From positions 672,001 to 736,000 of the forward strand of contig OY781945.1 of NCBI GenBank assembly GCA_963677435.1: a stretch of DNA of 64,000 nt, given 5' to 3'. The DNA comes from an uncultured Aliarcobacter sp. (GTDB taxonomy: Bacteria; Campylobacterota; Campylobacteria; Campylobacterales; Arcobacteraceae). Below, piece after piece: positions 43,023 to 53,716 of this stretch. The notes below the pieces were generated by a model. The model did no database searches, was not told the DNA's origin, and was given only the letters and a program-made list of their open reading frames with translations. Every line of letters begins with the position of its first letter. The stretch's first letter is position 1. The translations under genes and the position numbers were made by a program.

Positions 43023-43744
43023 TGACAAATAATGAAGTATTATTAGAAGTAAGAGACCTTCATGTTTCATATGGAGCAATATCAGCTATAAAAGGAATTT
43101 CTTTAAAAGTTTTAAAAGGTGAAGTTGTAACAATTCTTGGTGCAAATGGTGCAGGGAAAACTACAACTTTACAAACAATTTCTGGACTTTTAAAACCAAA
43201 ATCAGGAAATATTATTTTTGATAAAAATGATATTACTAAATGTGAAGCACATGATATAGTGGCTCTTGGAATGTCTCATTCTCCAGAAGGTAGAAGGGTT
43301 TTTGGAACATTAACAGTTGAAGAAAATCTTATGATGGGCGCTTACACATTAAAAGATCATGATAAAGAGACTTTAGAGTGGATTTATGACATTTTACCAA
43401 GACTTAAAGAGAGAAAAAAACAATTTGCAGGAACACTTTCAGGTGGTGAGCAACAAATGCTTGCAATTGGAAGAGCAATTATGTCTAAACCCAAACTTTT
43501 AATTTTGGATGAACCATCACTGGGATTAGCTCCAATTTTGATAAAAGCAATTTTTAAAGCAGTAAAAGAGATTGCTCAAAGTGGAGTTACAGTTTTATTG
43601 GTAGAGCAAAATGCAAAAGCTGCTTTAAAATTAGCAGATAGAGCATATGTATTAGAAGTAGGAAAAATCACACATGAAGGAACAGCGGAAGAATTACTAA
43701 ACTCTAAAACCATTCAAGAAGCCTATTTAGGTAAAAAGCATTAA
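43022..43744 (+). CDS. livF: LIV-type ABC ATPase
   Basis: GANGAGKTT, PEGRRVF, LSGGEQQM, LDEPSLGLAP, VEQN. Confidence 0.95.
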   Translation: MTNNEVLLEVRDLHVSYGAISAIKGISLKVLKGEVVTILGANGAGKTTTLQTISGLLKPKSGNIIFDKNDITKCEAHDIVALGMSHSPEGRRVFGTLTVEENLMMGAYTLKDHDKETLEWIYDILPRLKERKKQFAGTLSGGEQQMLAIGRAIMSKPKLLILDEPSLGLAPILIKAIFKAVKEIAQSGVTVLLVEQNAKAALKLADRAYVLEVGKITHEGTAEELLNSKTIQEAYLGKKH

Positions 43745-43767
43745 GAACAAAAAAGAGAATAAGTATA

Positions 43768-43840
43768 AAGTAGCAAGAGGGGTGTAACTTGGCGGTTTCC
43801 CCTCTATTGACACATATAAAGCGTGCGTCTTAAGCTACTT
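43768..43840 (+). other. GC-rich three-stem RNA structure between livF and putA
   Basis: Outer stem aagtagc/gctactt encloses agagggg/cccctct and a bulged gacac/gtgcgtc stem. Confidence 0.55.
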
Positions 43841-43879
43841 AAAATTTGGTTAATATTTAATTAATTTTAAGGATAGTAT

Positions 43880-46800
43880 ATGAAAAATGAAGTAGAAATT
43901 ATAAATTCAGCAATAAGTCTTGCTGAAAAATGGCAAAACAGAGCAACTGAACTAGTTAGTGATTGGGATAGAGAATTCTATGTAAAAATGAATAAAATGC
44001 TTGAACATCCAAAAGATAAAGCACTTTTAATTGAGTTAATGGATCAATGTTTTAGATGTGATTCAAACGCAAGGGTTGCTGATCAAATTATTTTTCTTTT
44101 AGAGAAACATGGTATGGCTCATTTCTTTACAACAAAAGATAAAACACTATTATGGTTATTTACTAATTTTGGTAAATTCTTACCAAATTTATCTGTTCCT
44201 ATGTTTGTAAATCAAATAAGAGAAGATACTAAAACAGTAGTTATTAAAGGTGAAGAAGAACCATTTAACAAACACTTAGTAATGAGAAAAAAAGAGGGAA
44301 CTAGAGTAAATATCAATCTTATTGGTGAAGTTGTTCTTGGAGAAGAAGAAGCAGCAGAAAGAATGGAAAAATATTTAAAAGCTTTATCTAATCCAAATAT
44401 TGACTATATTTCTATTAAGATTTCAACTATTTATTCTCAAATTAATGCTTTAAATTTTGAGCATACAGTTCAAGTACTTGTTGAAAAATTATCTAAAATT
44501 TATGCACAAGCACAAAAATATCCTTATATCGCACCAGATGGAACAAAATCAAATAAATTTATAAACCTTGATATGGAAGAGTATAGAGATTTAGCTATTA
44601 CTGTTGAAGTATTTAAAAGAACTTTAGATAAACCAGAATTCAAAGATTTTTATGCAGGTATTGTTTTACAAGCATATTTACCAGACTCATTTAATTGGCA
44701 AAAAGATTTATGCGAATGGGCAAAACAAAGAGTTGCTAATGGTGGAAGCCCTATCAAGTTTAGACTTGTAAAAGGTGCTAATATGGAGATGGAAGAGACA
44801 GAAGCTAGTCAAAAACATTGGGAAATGGTAACATATACAGATAAAAGTGATACAGATTCAAACTATAAAAGAATGGCAAGATATGCATTACAAGCTGAAA
44901 ATGCTAAATATATGCACATAGGAACAGCTTCTCATAACTTATTTGAATTAGCATATGCAACGACATTAGCAGCAGAAAATGGAACTAGTCAATATCATAC
45001 TTTAGAGATGTTAGAAGGAATGAGTGAAGCTGCTAGATTAGCAATTAAAGAGATTTCAAAATCTGTAATTTTATATGCTCCAACTGCATCAAAAGAACAA
45101 TTTACAAATGCTATTGCATATTTAGTAAGAAGACTTGATGAAAATACTGGTCCAAATAACTTTATCAGATATTCATTTGGTTTAAAAGTTGGTTCATCTG
45201 ATTGGAAAATGCAAAAAGAGTTATTTCTAAAATCTTTTGAAAATGAAAAAACTTCATTTGTAGGTGCAAAAAGAAAACAAAACAGACTTGAAGAAAAATG
45301 GGATAATTTCTCAAATTCATCTTATGATACAAAACATTATCATGCAGAAGCTGACACAGATTTCGTATTACCTTCTAACCAAGAATGGGCTAGAAATATT
45401 GTAAAAAAATGGAAGTTCACAAAAGATACTGTTCATTTTATTACTCCAATCGTAATTGCAGGATTAGATATAACTGAAGATAGAAAAATTGTTGAAGCGA
45501 TTGATAAATCACAATTAAAAGAGGGTGTTCTAGCTGGAAAGTTTGCAAATGCAAATGCTGAAGATATTAAAAAAGCAGTTGAAGTTGCAAAGGCTGATGT
45601 TGATGGATGGAGAAGTTTAACTCATGCACAAAGACATGAAGCATTAAAAAAAGTTGCTATAAAAGTAAGAGAGAGAAGAGATGATTTAATTGGAGTGGCA
45701 GCAGCTGAGGTTGGTAAAGTATTTACAGAAACTGATGTTGAAGTAAGTGAAGCAGTTGATTTCTTAGAATTCTATCCATATAGTGCCCATCATTTTGAAA
45801 AATATGAGAATTTAGAATTTAGTGGAAAAGGTGTTGGGGTTGTTGTTCCTCCTTGGAATTTCCCTGTTGCTATTCCTTTAGGTGGAATTGCCGCTACTTT
45901 AGCTGCTGGTAATACAGTTATTATCAAACCTGCTTCTGTTGCAGCACTTACAGCATACGAGATGTGTAAATGTTTCTGGGATGCAGGTATTTCTAAAAAT
46001 GTACTTCAATTTGTTCCTTGTCCAGGAGCACTTGCAGGTGAGCATTTAATTGCAAATAAAGATGTAGATTTTGTTATTTTAACTGGTGGTGAAGATACAG
46101 CAGCAACGATGTTAAAAACAAGACCTGATTTAATGTTAACAGCAGAAACTGGTGGAAAAGATGCAACAATAGTAACAAATATGGCAGATAGAGAACAAGC
46201 AGTTAAAAATGTATGTCAAAGTGCATTTGCTAACTCAGGTCAAAAATGTAGTGCTACTTCACTTTTAGTTTTAGAAGAAGAAGTTTACAATGATGAAGGA
46301 TTTAAAAAAGCATTAATTGATACAGCTGCTTCTATGAGTGTTGGATCTGTTTGGGATTTTAAAAATAGAATTGGTACTTTAGCAAATAAAGTTTCTGGAA
46401 ATCTTGAAAAAGCGATTAAAACATTAGAAAAAAATGAATCATGGCTATTAGCTCCTTCTTATGCTGAAGATAATGAATATATGTTAAAACCTGCAATTAA
46501 ATGGGGCGTAAGTGAAGGAAATTTTATTCATATGAACGAACTTTTTGGACCAGTACTAGCAGTTATTAAAGCAAGAGATTTAGCTCATGCTGTAAAAATT
46601 GTAAATGATACAGGATATGGTTTAACTTCTGGAATTGAATCACTTGATGAAAGAGAAGTAACATATTGGAAAGAAAACTTAAAAGCAGGAAATCTATATA
46701 TTAATAGAGGAACAACAGGAGCTATTGTATTAAGACAACCATTTGGTGGAATGGGTAAATCTGCAATTGGTGCAGGAAGAAAAGTTGGTATTTTCAATTA

Positions 46801-47449
46801 CATTACACAATTTGTTGATTTTAAAGAAAAATCAGCTCCAAAAGTAACTAAAAAATATAACAATGATTTAACAAGATTAATTGAAAATTATAAAAAATCT
46901 TCTAATAATAAAGAAGAGTTTGAGAAACTTGAAATTGCATTACAATCATATTTAGAAAACTTTGAGAATGAATTCTCTCAATCTAAAGATTATGCAAATG
47001 TAAGAGGTGAAGATAATCACTTTAAATATTTACCTTTAAAAAATGTTTTAATTAGAGTAACTTCAGGTGATACTATTTTTGAAGCTGTTTCAAGAATCTT
47101 AGCAGCGAAAGTTTCAGGGGTTCATTTTAAAGTTTCTATAAATAACAATGAAGAAGTAAAATCATTTTTAAATAGTGCAAAAGAGTTATTCTCTCCAAGA
47201 GATACTTTAATAGAACAAAGTGATGAAGAACTTATTACATCTATTTCAAGATACGATAGAGTACTTTATTCAGATATTTCAAAAGTACCTGCAATTGTAT
47301 TTGAATCAGCAGCTTCAACATTGACTTTTATAGTAAGAGCAAAACCTATGATGGAAGGAAGAATAGAATTACTTAACTACTTCATCGAACAATCAATTTC
47401 TCACTCTTTCCATAGATATGGAAATATTGGTGCAAGAGGAATAAAATAA
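43880..47449 (+). CDS. putA: Bifunctional proline dehydrogenase / P5C dehydrogenase (no RHH domain)
   Basis: PRODH motifs NLDMEEY, LQAYL, RLVKGA, YLVRRLDEN; ALDH motifs PWNFP, AETGGKDA, GQKCSA, ELFGPV. Confidence 0.96.
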   Translation: MKNEVEIINSAISLAEKWQNRATELVSDWDREFYVKMNKMLEHPKDKALLIELMDQCFRCDSNARVADQIIFLLEKHGMAHFFTTKDKTLLWLFTNFGKFLPNLSVPMFVNQIREDTKTVVIKGEEEPFNKHLVMRKKEGTRVNINLIGEVVLGEEEAAERMEKYLKALSNPNIDYISIKISTIYSQINALNFEHTVQVLVEKLSKIYAQAQKYPYIAPDGTKSNKFINLDMEEYRDLAITVEVFKRTLDKPEFKDFYAGIVLQAYLPDSFNWQKDLCEWAKQRVANGGSPIKFRLVKGANMEMEETEASQKHWEMVTYTDKSDTDSNYKRMARYALQAENAKYMHIGTASHNLFELAYATTLAAENGTSQYHTLEMLEGMSEAARLAIKEISKSVILYAPTASKEQFTNAIAYLVRRLDENTGPNNFIRYSFGLKVGSSDWKMQKELFLKSFENEKTSFVGAKRKQNRLEEKWDNFSNSSYDTKHYHAEADTDFVLPSNQEWARNIVKKWKFTKDTVHFITPIVIAGLDITEDRKIVEAIDKSQLKEGVLAGKFANANAEDIKKAVEVAKADVDGWRSLTHAQRHEALKKVAIKVRERRDDLIGVAAAEVGKVFTETDVEVSEAVDFLEFYPYSAHHFEKYENLEFSGKGVGVVVPPWNFPVAIPLGGIAATLAAGNTVIIKPASVAALTAYEMCKCFWDAGISKNVLQFVPCPGALAGEHLIANKDVDFVILTGGEDTAATMLKTRPDLMLTAETGGKDATIVTNMADREQAVKNVCQSAFANSGQKCSATSLLVLEEEVYNDEGFKKALIDTAASMSVGSVWDFKNRIGTLANKVSGNLEKAIKTLEKNESWLLAPSYAEDNEYMLKPAIKWGVSEGNFIHMNELFGPVLAVIKARDLAHAVKIVNDTGYGLTSGIESLDEREVTYWKENLKAGNLYINRGTTGAIVLRQPFGGMGKSAIGAGRKVGIFNYITQFVDFKEKSAPKVTKKYNNDLTRLIENYKKSSNNKEEFEKLEIALQSYLENFENEFSQSKDYANVRGEDNHFKYLPLKNVLIRVTSGDTIFEAVSRILAAKVSGVHFKVSINNNEEVKSFLNSAKELFSPRDTLIEQSDEELITSISRYDRVLYSDISKVPAIVFESAASTLTFIVRAKPMMEGRIELLNYFIEQSISHSFHRYGNIGARGIK

Positions 47450-47470
47450 GAAGTTTAACTTCTTATTTTA
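47442..47470 (+). terminator. Terminator after putA
   Basis: taaaataagaagt / acttcttatttta inverted repeat. Confidence 0.6.
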
Positions 47471-47484
47471 TATATAGGAAATAA

Positions 47485-48351
47485 ATGTCTAATAAAACTA
47501 AAGCTACCTTACTTGTAATAGTTTGCATTATATTTTGGGCGATGATACCCGTAGTTGCAAAATTAGCTCAAGTGTCACTAGATAATCATCAATTTTTATT
47601 TTGGTCAAGTTTAATATCATTTATTTGTTTATTTTCAACAGCTATTATAAAAAAGAAAATTGAATTTATCAAAAGCTATAGTTTTAATGATTGGCTTGTA
47701 TTAATAACTTTAGGTTTATTAGGGACATATATTTATTATCTATTTCTATATTTAGGATATAAAGAAGCTAAGGGTTTAGAAGTACTTGTAATTCAATATA
47801 CATGGCCTATATCAATAGTATTTTTGTCTTTATTTATTTTAAATGAGAGATTAACAATACAAAAAAGCATATCAATAATTTTAGGTTTTGTAGGAGTTCT
47901 TTTTGTTTTAACAAAAGGTAATTTTTCACAAATCCATTTAGATAATATCTATGTAATTTTATTAGTTTTTTTAGGAGCAAGTTCATTTGCCCTTTTTTCA
48001 GTTTTAAGTAAAAAAGTAAAATATGAACCTATTGGTGCAATTAGTATCTATTTCTTAAGTGCAACAATAGCTTCATTTTTCTCTATGAACTATTTTTCTA
48101 GTTTTGCAATTCCCACATCAAATGAGTTATTACCAATATTATTAAATGGAATTATAATAAATGGCTTTTCATATTTGTTTTGGATAAATGCCTTACGATT
48201 AACCCAAGCATCTTACTTAGCACCATTTACTTTTTTAACACCAATATTATCAGCTGTGTATTTAATTGTAATTTTCAATGAACCAATACAAACAGCATAT
48301 ATTATTGGCTTGGTTTTTGTAGTAATAGCTGGATTAGTTAATAGTTTTTAA
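47485..48351 (+). CDS. EamA/DMT family transporter
   Basis: 288 aa, about 10 TM segments; IQYTWP, LNERL and YLFW motifs. Confidence 0.9.
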   Translation: MSNKTKATLLVIVCIIFWAMIPVVAKLAQVSLDNHQFLFWSSLISFICLFSTAIIKKKIEFIKSYSFNDWLVLITLGLLGTYIYYLFLYLGYKEAKGLEVLVIQYTWPISIVFLSLFILNERLTIQKSISIILGFVGVLFVLTKGNFSQIHLDNIYVILLVFLGASSFALFSVLSKKVKYEPIGAISIYFLSATIASFFSMNYFSSFAIPTSNELLPILLNGIIINGFSYLFWINALRLTQASYLAPFTFLTPILSAVYLIVIFNEPIQTAYIIGLVFVVIAGLVNSF

Positions 48352-48410
48352 GACTACTTTTCACGCACTTTTTAGTGATATGATTCGGAATTAAAAAAAT
48401 AGGATTAAAA

Positions 48411-50123
48411 ATGACAACAGGAATCTTAGTATTCTTATTTTTTATCATTGTTATACTTGCATGGTATATACATGATAAATATGTACAAAGAAAACACCAA
48501 ATATTAGTAAATTATCCAATAATTGGAAGACTAAGATTTGTTTTTCAAGAGTTTAGAGAACCATTTAGACAATACTTTGGTGATGAAAAGTTTTATGAAT
48601 CAATGGATAAATTAGAGTGGGTTTATAGTGCTTCAAGGGATAAAATTAATTACTCTTCGTTTTCTCCATCACAGCCTTTACCAAAACCAAAATTTATGTT
48701 AAGACATACAACTATTGTATTAAATGATGATGAGGTTGATAATGACTTTTCTGTTGTATTTGGTGAAAAAAGAGGAAAACCATTTAAAACATCTTCTATA
48801 ATTGCAAGAGCTCCTATGAGTGATGGATCTATTTCTCCTGAGGGAACAAGAGCTTTTGTTCAAGGTTCACAAATGGGAAAATTCCCTATAAATAGTGGTG
48901 AAGGTGGATTAACATCAAACTTTTTTGTTACTCATAATAACTATACTGATAAATATATGACAGAAGTTATAGGTAATAATTTTCAACAAAAAATTTTTCA
49001 ACTTTCAAAGTTTTTCTTTAATGTTCCAGTTGCCGTTGATATTTATAGAAAATTAGTTTTTAAAAAGGATCCTTTAAAAGATACTTATGTATTTAACAAA
49101 AAAAATGAATCTTTTTATAGACCAAATTGGGATGCACCATTAGAAAATTTTCCTGAAGAAGTTCCATCTGATATGCCTGAAATTATTTTACAAATTAGTT
49201 CAGGACTTTATGGTGTAAGAACTAAAGATGGAAAGTTTGATATTGAAAGATATAAAAAGCAGATGAGTTTTTGTAAAATGACTGAAATAAAATTAGCTCA
49301 AGGTGCAAAACAAACAGGTGGAAAATTAATTGCTCAAAAGGTGACTCCTTCTATTGGATATTATAGAAATATAGAACCATATAAAGATGCTTTTTCTCCA
49401 AATAGATTTCCATATGCAAATAGTATTGAGGAGTTATTTGATTTTATTGGTACTTTACAAGAAGCTTCACAAAAACCAGTTGGAATTAAAATTGTAATTT
49501 CTGATTATGACAATATTGTACCAATTGCTAAAGAGATAAAAAGAAGAGTTGAATTAAATTTACCATATCCAGATTATATCTCTATTGATGGAGGAAGTGG
49601 TGGAAGTGCAACAGCACCGCTTGATATGATGGAGAGAATTGGTATGGATATTAGAGATGCTTTATATCTTGTTGATAAAGTATTAAAAGATTATGGTGTT
49701 AGAGAACATGTAAAAATATCTGCAAGTGGAAAAATATTAACTCCTGATGATGTTGTTATTATTTTATGTTTAGGTGCTGATTTTGTTCAGATTGCTCGTG
49801 GATTTATGATGAGTGCTGGTTGTATTCGCGCGAGATATTGTTCTGGTGCTACAAAACATCAATGTCCAGTTGGATTAGCAACACAAGATATCAAGAAAAG
49901 AAAACACTATTTTGTAGCTAAACATTCAGACTATGTAAAAAACTATCATAATAATGTTTTAAAAAGTATGAAAAGTTTATTAGCCGTTATGGGATTAAAA
50001 AATGTAAAAGAGTTAACTAAGGAGAAATTGATTTTTCTTGATATTGATTCAATTATTCATGATGATATGGATGCTTTATTTGAAAGAAGGATATTAAAAA
50101 AAGAAAAAATAATTAAACAGTAA
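48411..50123 (+). CDS. FMN-binding glutamate synthase family protein
   Basis: NSGEGG, EIKLAQGAK, KPVGIK, IDGGSGGS, ARGFM and Fe-S motif CIRARYC...CPVG; N-terminal TM segment. Confidence 0.88.
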   Translation: MTTGILVFLFFIIVILAWYIHDKYVQRKHQILVNYPIIGRLRFVFQEFREPFRQYFGDEKFYESMDKLEWVYSASRDKINYSSFSPSQPLPKPKFMLRHTTIVLNDDEVDNDFSVVFGEKRGKPFKTSSIIARAPMSDGSISPEGTRAFVQGSQMGKFPINSGEGGLTSNFFVTHNNYTDKYMTEVIGNNFQQKIFQLSKFFFNVPVAVDIYRKLVFKKDPLKDTYVFNKKNESFYRPNWDAPLENFPEEVPSDMPEIILQISSGLYGVRTKDGKFDIERYKKQMSFCKMTEIKLAQGAKQTGGKLIAQKVTPSIGYYRNIEPYKDAFSPNRFPYANSIEELFDFIGTLQEASQKPVGIKIVISDYDNIVPIAKEIKRRVELNLPYPDYISIDGGSGGSATAPLDMMERIGMDIRDALYLVDKVLKDYGVREHVKISASGKILTPDDVVIILCLGADFVQIARGFMMSAGCIRARYCSGATKHQCPVGLATQDIKKRKHYFVAKHSDYVKNYHNNVLKSMKSLLAVMGLKNVKELTKEKLIFLDIDSIIHDDMDALFERRILKKEKIIKQ

Positions 50124-50126
50124 ATT

Positions 50127-50212
50127 TATATTTACTGGCGAGCAGGTATAAATGCAAATTACCCCATTTGCCTCCTTTAGTATCCCAAAATACCTGCTCA
50201 CCAGTGAATATA
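50127..50212. other. 86-nt long stem-loop (candidate sRNA or palindromic element)
   Basis: 23-bp arms with 2 mismatches; inner hairpin gcaaat/atttgc; cctccttt in the loop. Confidence 0.6.
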
Positions 50213-50357
50213 TAAAGATAAGATTATTATGTTTTAGAACAAATAATAAAACAATAAAATTCAAGATATATTATTAAATAAATTTTGTATAGAAAATGAT
50301 ACCATCTTTGTATTATTACTTGTTATAATTAGATAAACATTCCACAAAAGGCTTTTC

Positions 50358-52478
50358 ATGGAAAAATATAATATTAGAAATAAAGTTTTATTAATAGTGT
50401 TAATTGGCTTTATTTTATCTTTCTCAATATTAGGATTTCTAAATACTAGTAACGCATATACATCAGAATATAAATTGGTGCAAGAGCGAAATTTAGAATT
50501 AGTAACTAAAACATCTGATTTTATTGATAGTTACTTAAAATCTAAAATAGTTGTAGTTGAATCTGTTGCTAAAGAATTAGCAAAAATTGATATATATAAT
50601 CAAAATAGTGAATTTATATCAAAATTAGTATTAGGTAGAGATGCAGGTTCATTTGCAGATTTATATTTAGGTTATGAAAAAGATGGATCATTAATACTAT
50701 CTACTGGTGAAATTTATGATTTAAAAAGTAAGAATTATGATGCAAGAAAAAGACCTTGGTATATGAAAGCGATAACACTAAATAAATCAGCAGTTTCTGA
50801 ACCATATACAGATGTTGTTACTGGAAAATTAATTATTTCAGTTGTAACTCCATTAGTTATTGATGGAAAAATTGCTGGGGTTGTAGGTTCTGATATTTTT
50901 CTTGATACAGTTGTTGAAACTATCTTAAATCTTAAAATCCATGAATCTGGATTTGCGTATTTATTAGATAAAGATAACAAAATCTTAATTCACAAAAATA
51001 AAGAGCTTTTAAATAAACAAAGTGCAGCTTTTAAATCAATAGAAAAAAATACAGATTTTGCATTTAAAATTTTAGATGTTGATGGTGTTAAAAAAATTGT
51101 TAGTTTTAGTAAAGTTCCATTAACTAATTGGTATTTAGTAATTGAGTTAGATAATGATGCTGTATTTAAAAAACTTAATGATAATGTTATTACTGACATC
51201 ATCACATATTTAGCACTTTTAATTGTATTCATTTCTATATTATATTTTTCATTAACAAAAATGCTTCAACCATTAAAAATTTTAGAAAATGGATTTAATG
51301 AATTCTTTAATTACTTAAAAGGTGAGACTAAAAATGTTCAAAAGCTTAATCTAAAATCTCAAGATGAATTTGGAAAAATGGCAAATATTCTTGATAAAGA
51401 GATTGAGTTAGTTTCTATAAATTTTGAAAATGATAAGAAATTAATTGAAAATGTAAAAATGGTAGTAAATAGAGTAAAAGAAGGAAGATTAGATAAATTT
51501 GTAGATCAAGAAACAAATAATAAATCTTTAGCTGAATTAAAAGAGATATTAAATGAAATGATTAGTCAAATTAGCAGTAATGTTCATGATAATATTAATG
51601 AAATAATCACTACTTTAGATTTATATGCAAAATCTAACTTTACGCAAACAATTCAAAATCCAAAAGGTGATATTGCAAGAGGATTAAATAATTTATGTTT
51701 AACAATTAACGAAATGCTAAATGTAAATAAATCAACAGGAGTTACTTTAGAATCCAATTCTAAAAAATTATCAAGTAATGTTGATATATTAAATAAATCT
51801 TCAAATAATACAGCTGCAGCTTTAGAAGAAACAGCAGCAGCAATCGAAGAAATTACTTCAACTGTTGCAAATAATACAGAAAAAATTGCAACAATGTCTT
51901 CTTATTCAAATCAATTATCAACTTCGATTTTACAAGGTGAGAAACTTGCAAACTCAACAGTTATTTCAATGAATGAAATAAATGAGCAAACAAATGCAAT
52001 TGCTGAAGCTATTACTATTATTGACCAAATAGCATTCCAAACAAATATTCTTTCATTAAATGCAGCTGTAGAAGCAGCAACTGCTGGAGAAGCTGGAAAA
52101 GGATTTGCTGTTGTTGCAGCAGAAGTGCGAAACCTAGCAAGTAGAAGTGCAGAAGCTGCTAAAGAGATTAAAACTCTTGTAGAAAATGCAACTAATAAAG
52201 CTAACAATGGTAAAAAAATTGCTGATGATATGATAAGTGGATATAAACAATTAAATGACAATATCTCAAAAACAACAAAAATTATTGAAGATATTTCAGA
52301 AGCATCAAGAGAGCAAAGAACAAGTATTGAGCAAATAAATGATGTTATTAATGAATTAGATAAACAAACACAACAAAATGCTGTAGTTGCTAGTGAAACA
52401 CAAACTATTGCACAAGAAACTTCAAAAATTGCTAAGAAAATATTAGAAGATGTAAATAATAAAGAGTTTAAATCATAG
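50358..52478 (+). CDS. Methyl-accepting chemotaxis protein with dCache sensor domain
   Basis: Two TM segments; YDARKRPWY and SEPYTD Cache motifs; [30 protein letters not shown]. Confidence 0.95.
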   Translation: MEKYNIRNKVLLIVLIGFILSFSILGFLNTSNAYTSEYKLVQERNLELVTKTSDFIDSYLKSKIVVVESVAKELAKIDIYNQNSEFISKLVLGRDAGSFADLYLGYEKDGSLILSTGEIYDLKSKNYDARKRPWYMKAITLNKSAVSEPYTDVVTGKLIISVVTPLVIDGKIAGVVGSDIFLDTVVETILNLKIHESGFAYLLDKDNKILIHKNKELLNKQSAAFKSIEKNTDFAFKILDVDGVKKIVSFSKVPLTNWYLVIELDNDAVFKKLNDNVITDIITYLALLIVFISILYFSLTKMLQPLKILENGFNEFFNYLKGETKNVQKLNLKSQDEFGKMANILDKEIELVSINFENDKKLIENVKMVVNRVKEGRLDKFVDQETNNKSLAELKEILNEMISQISSNVHDNINEIITTLDLYAKSNFTQTIQNPKGDIARGLNNLCLTINEMLNVNKSTGVTLESNSKKLSSNVDILNKSSNNTAAALEETAAAIEEITSTVANNTEKIATMSSYSNQLSTSILQGEKLANSTVISMNEINEQTNAIAEAITIIDQIAFQTNILSLNAAVEAATAGEAGKGFAVVAAEVRNLASRSAEAAKEIKTLVENATNKANNGKKIADDMISGYKQLNDNISKTTKIIEDISEASREQRTSIEQINDVINELDKQTQQNAVVASETQTIAQETSKIAKKILEDVNNKEFKS

Positions 52479-52500
52479 ACTAGAGAAATCTCTAGTCTAT
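52475..52500. terminator. Hairpin terminator between the convergent MCP and aminotransferase genes
   Basis: atagactagaga / tctctagtctat inverted repeat. Confidence 0.7.
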
Positions 52501-52504
52501 AATC

Positions 52505-53608
52505 TTATAAGCAGCTTTTGATTAGTTTAATACCTTGCTCAATTTGTTCAAAACTTGAGTGAGTGTAGTTAAATCTAATCTCTCCATTTGGGATTTTATC
52601 TATATAAAATTGATTCCCAGGAACATAAACAACTTTTTTCTCAATACATTTTTGAACTAAGGCAAAAGAGTCAATTCCTTCAAAACTACCATATAAAAAC
52701 ATTCCACCTTTTGGTTTTTCATATTTAAATTCTGGTAAATATTTATCTAATTGCTCACAAAAGAAGTTTGCTTTTTTCTCATAATCATCTCTAATATCTT
52801 GTAGATGTTTTTCATAATTTGCTTCATCTTCTAAATACTCATTTAAAATATATTGAGAAATTCCACATGAGTGTAAATCAATGCTTTCTTTTATAATCAT
52901 TAAAGATTGAAGTAATTTTTCATCTGCTCTAATCCATCCAATTCTAAGGCTTGGAACTAAAGTTTTAGAAAAAGATCCTAAGTGAAATGATTTATTTGGA
53001 ATTTTACAACTAATAGAAATATTCTTTTTGTCAAAATATAGTTCACTATAAGGACTATCTTCGATTAATAATCCATTTTCAGCTTCAACTATTTTTGCAA
53101 TTTCTTCTCTTTTTTTATCACAATAAGTTGTTGCTGATGGATTTTGAAAATCTGGAATTAAATATGCTAATTTTGTTTGTTTAAAACTCTCTTTGAATTT
53201 TTCAATATTAACTCCATCTTTTTCAAGTTCTACACCTTTCATTGTAAGATGGTTTAATCTAAATATATTCATAGCACCTAAATATGATGGTTCTTCAATA
53301 GTTATATCTTTACTTTCAAAATACTTAGCAAGGATGTACATACCTTGTTGGCTTCCTGTTGTAATTAGAATATTTTCTTTTTTTGTAGGAAATCCCTCTT
53401 TAGTATATCTTGCTGCAATTTTTTCTCTTAATTCTGAAATTCCATTACTAACTCCGTATTGAAATACTTTTGGATTATCAAATATTTTCATTGTTGCAGT
53501 TTTTAAATCATCCCTTGGAAATAGTTTTTCACTTGGAAGTCCACCTGCAAATGATATTGTATGTTCATCAATTGATTCAAGGATTTCTCTAATAAATGAT
53601 CTTTTCAT
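52505..53608 (-). CDS. PLP-dependent class I aminotransferase (LysN/ARO8-like); start reassigned to 53608
   Basis: ISFAGGLP, PDFQNP, EDSPY, GSFSKTLVPSLRIGW; AGGAG SD before MKRSFIRE. Confidence 0.9.
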   Translation of the reverse strand: MKRSFIREILESIDEHTISFAGGLPSEKLFPRDDLKTATMKIFDNPKVFQYGVSNGISELREKIAARYTKEGFPTKKENILITTGSQQGMYILAKYFESKDITIEEPSYLGAMNIFRLNHLTMKGVELEKDGVNIEKFKESFKQTKLAYLIPDFQNPSATTYCDKKREEIAKIVEAENGLLIEDSPYSELYFDKKNISISCKIPNKSFHLGSFSKTLVPSLRIGWIRADEKLLQSLMIIKESIDLHSCGISQYILNEYLEDEANYEKHLQDIRDDYEKKANFFCEQLDKYLPEFKYEKPKGGMFLYGSFEGIDSFALVQKCIEKKVVYVPGNQFYIDKIPNGEIRFNYTHSSFEQIEQGIKLIKSCL

Positions 53609-53716
53609 AAGTCTCCTATTTTTTGTTATAAGCATACTCAAATGAGAGCTTTTATTCTTTACATATATTGCTTTTATTATTATCTATTTTTGCTAATTTG
53701 TAGATATAATTCATTT

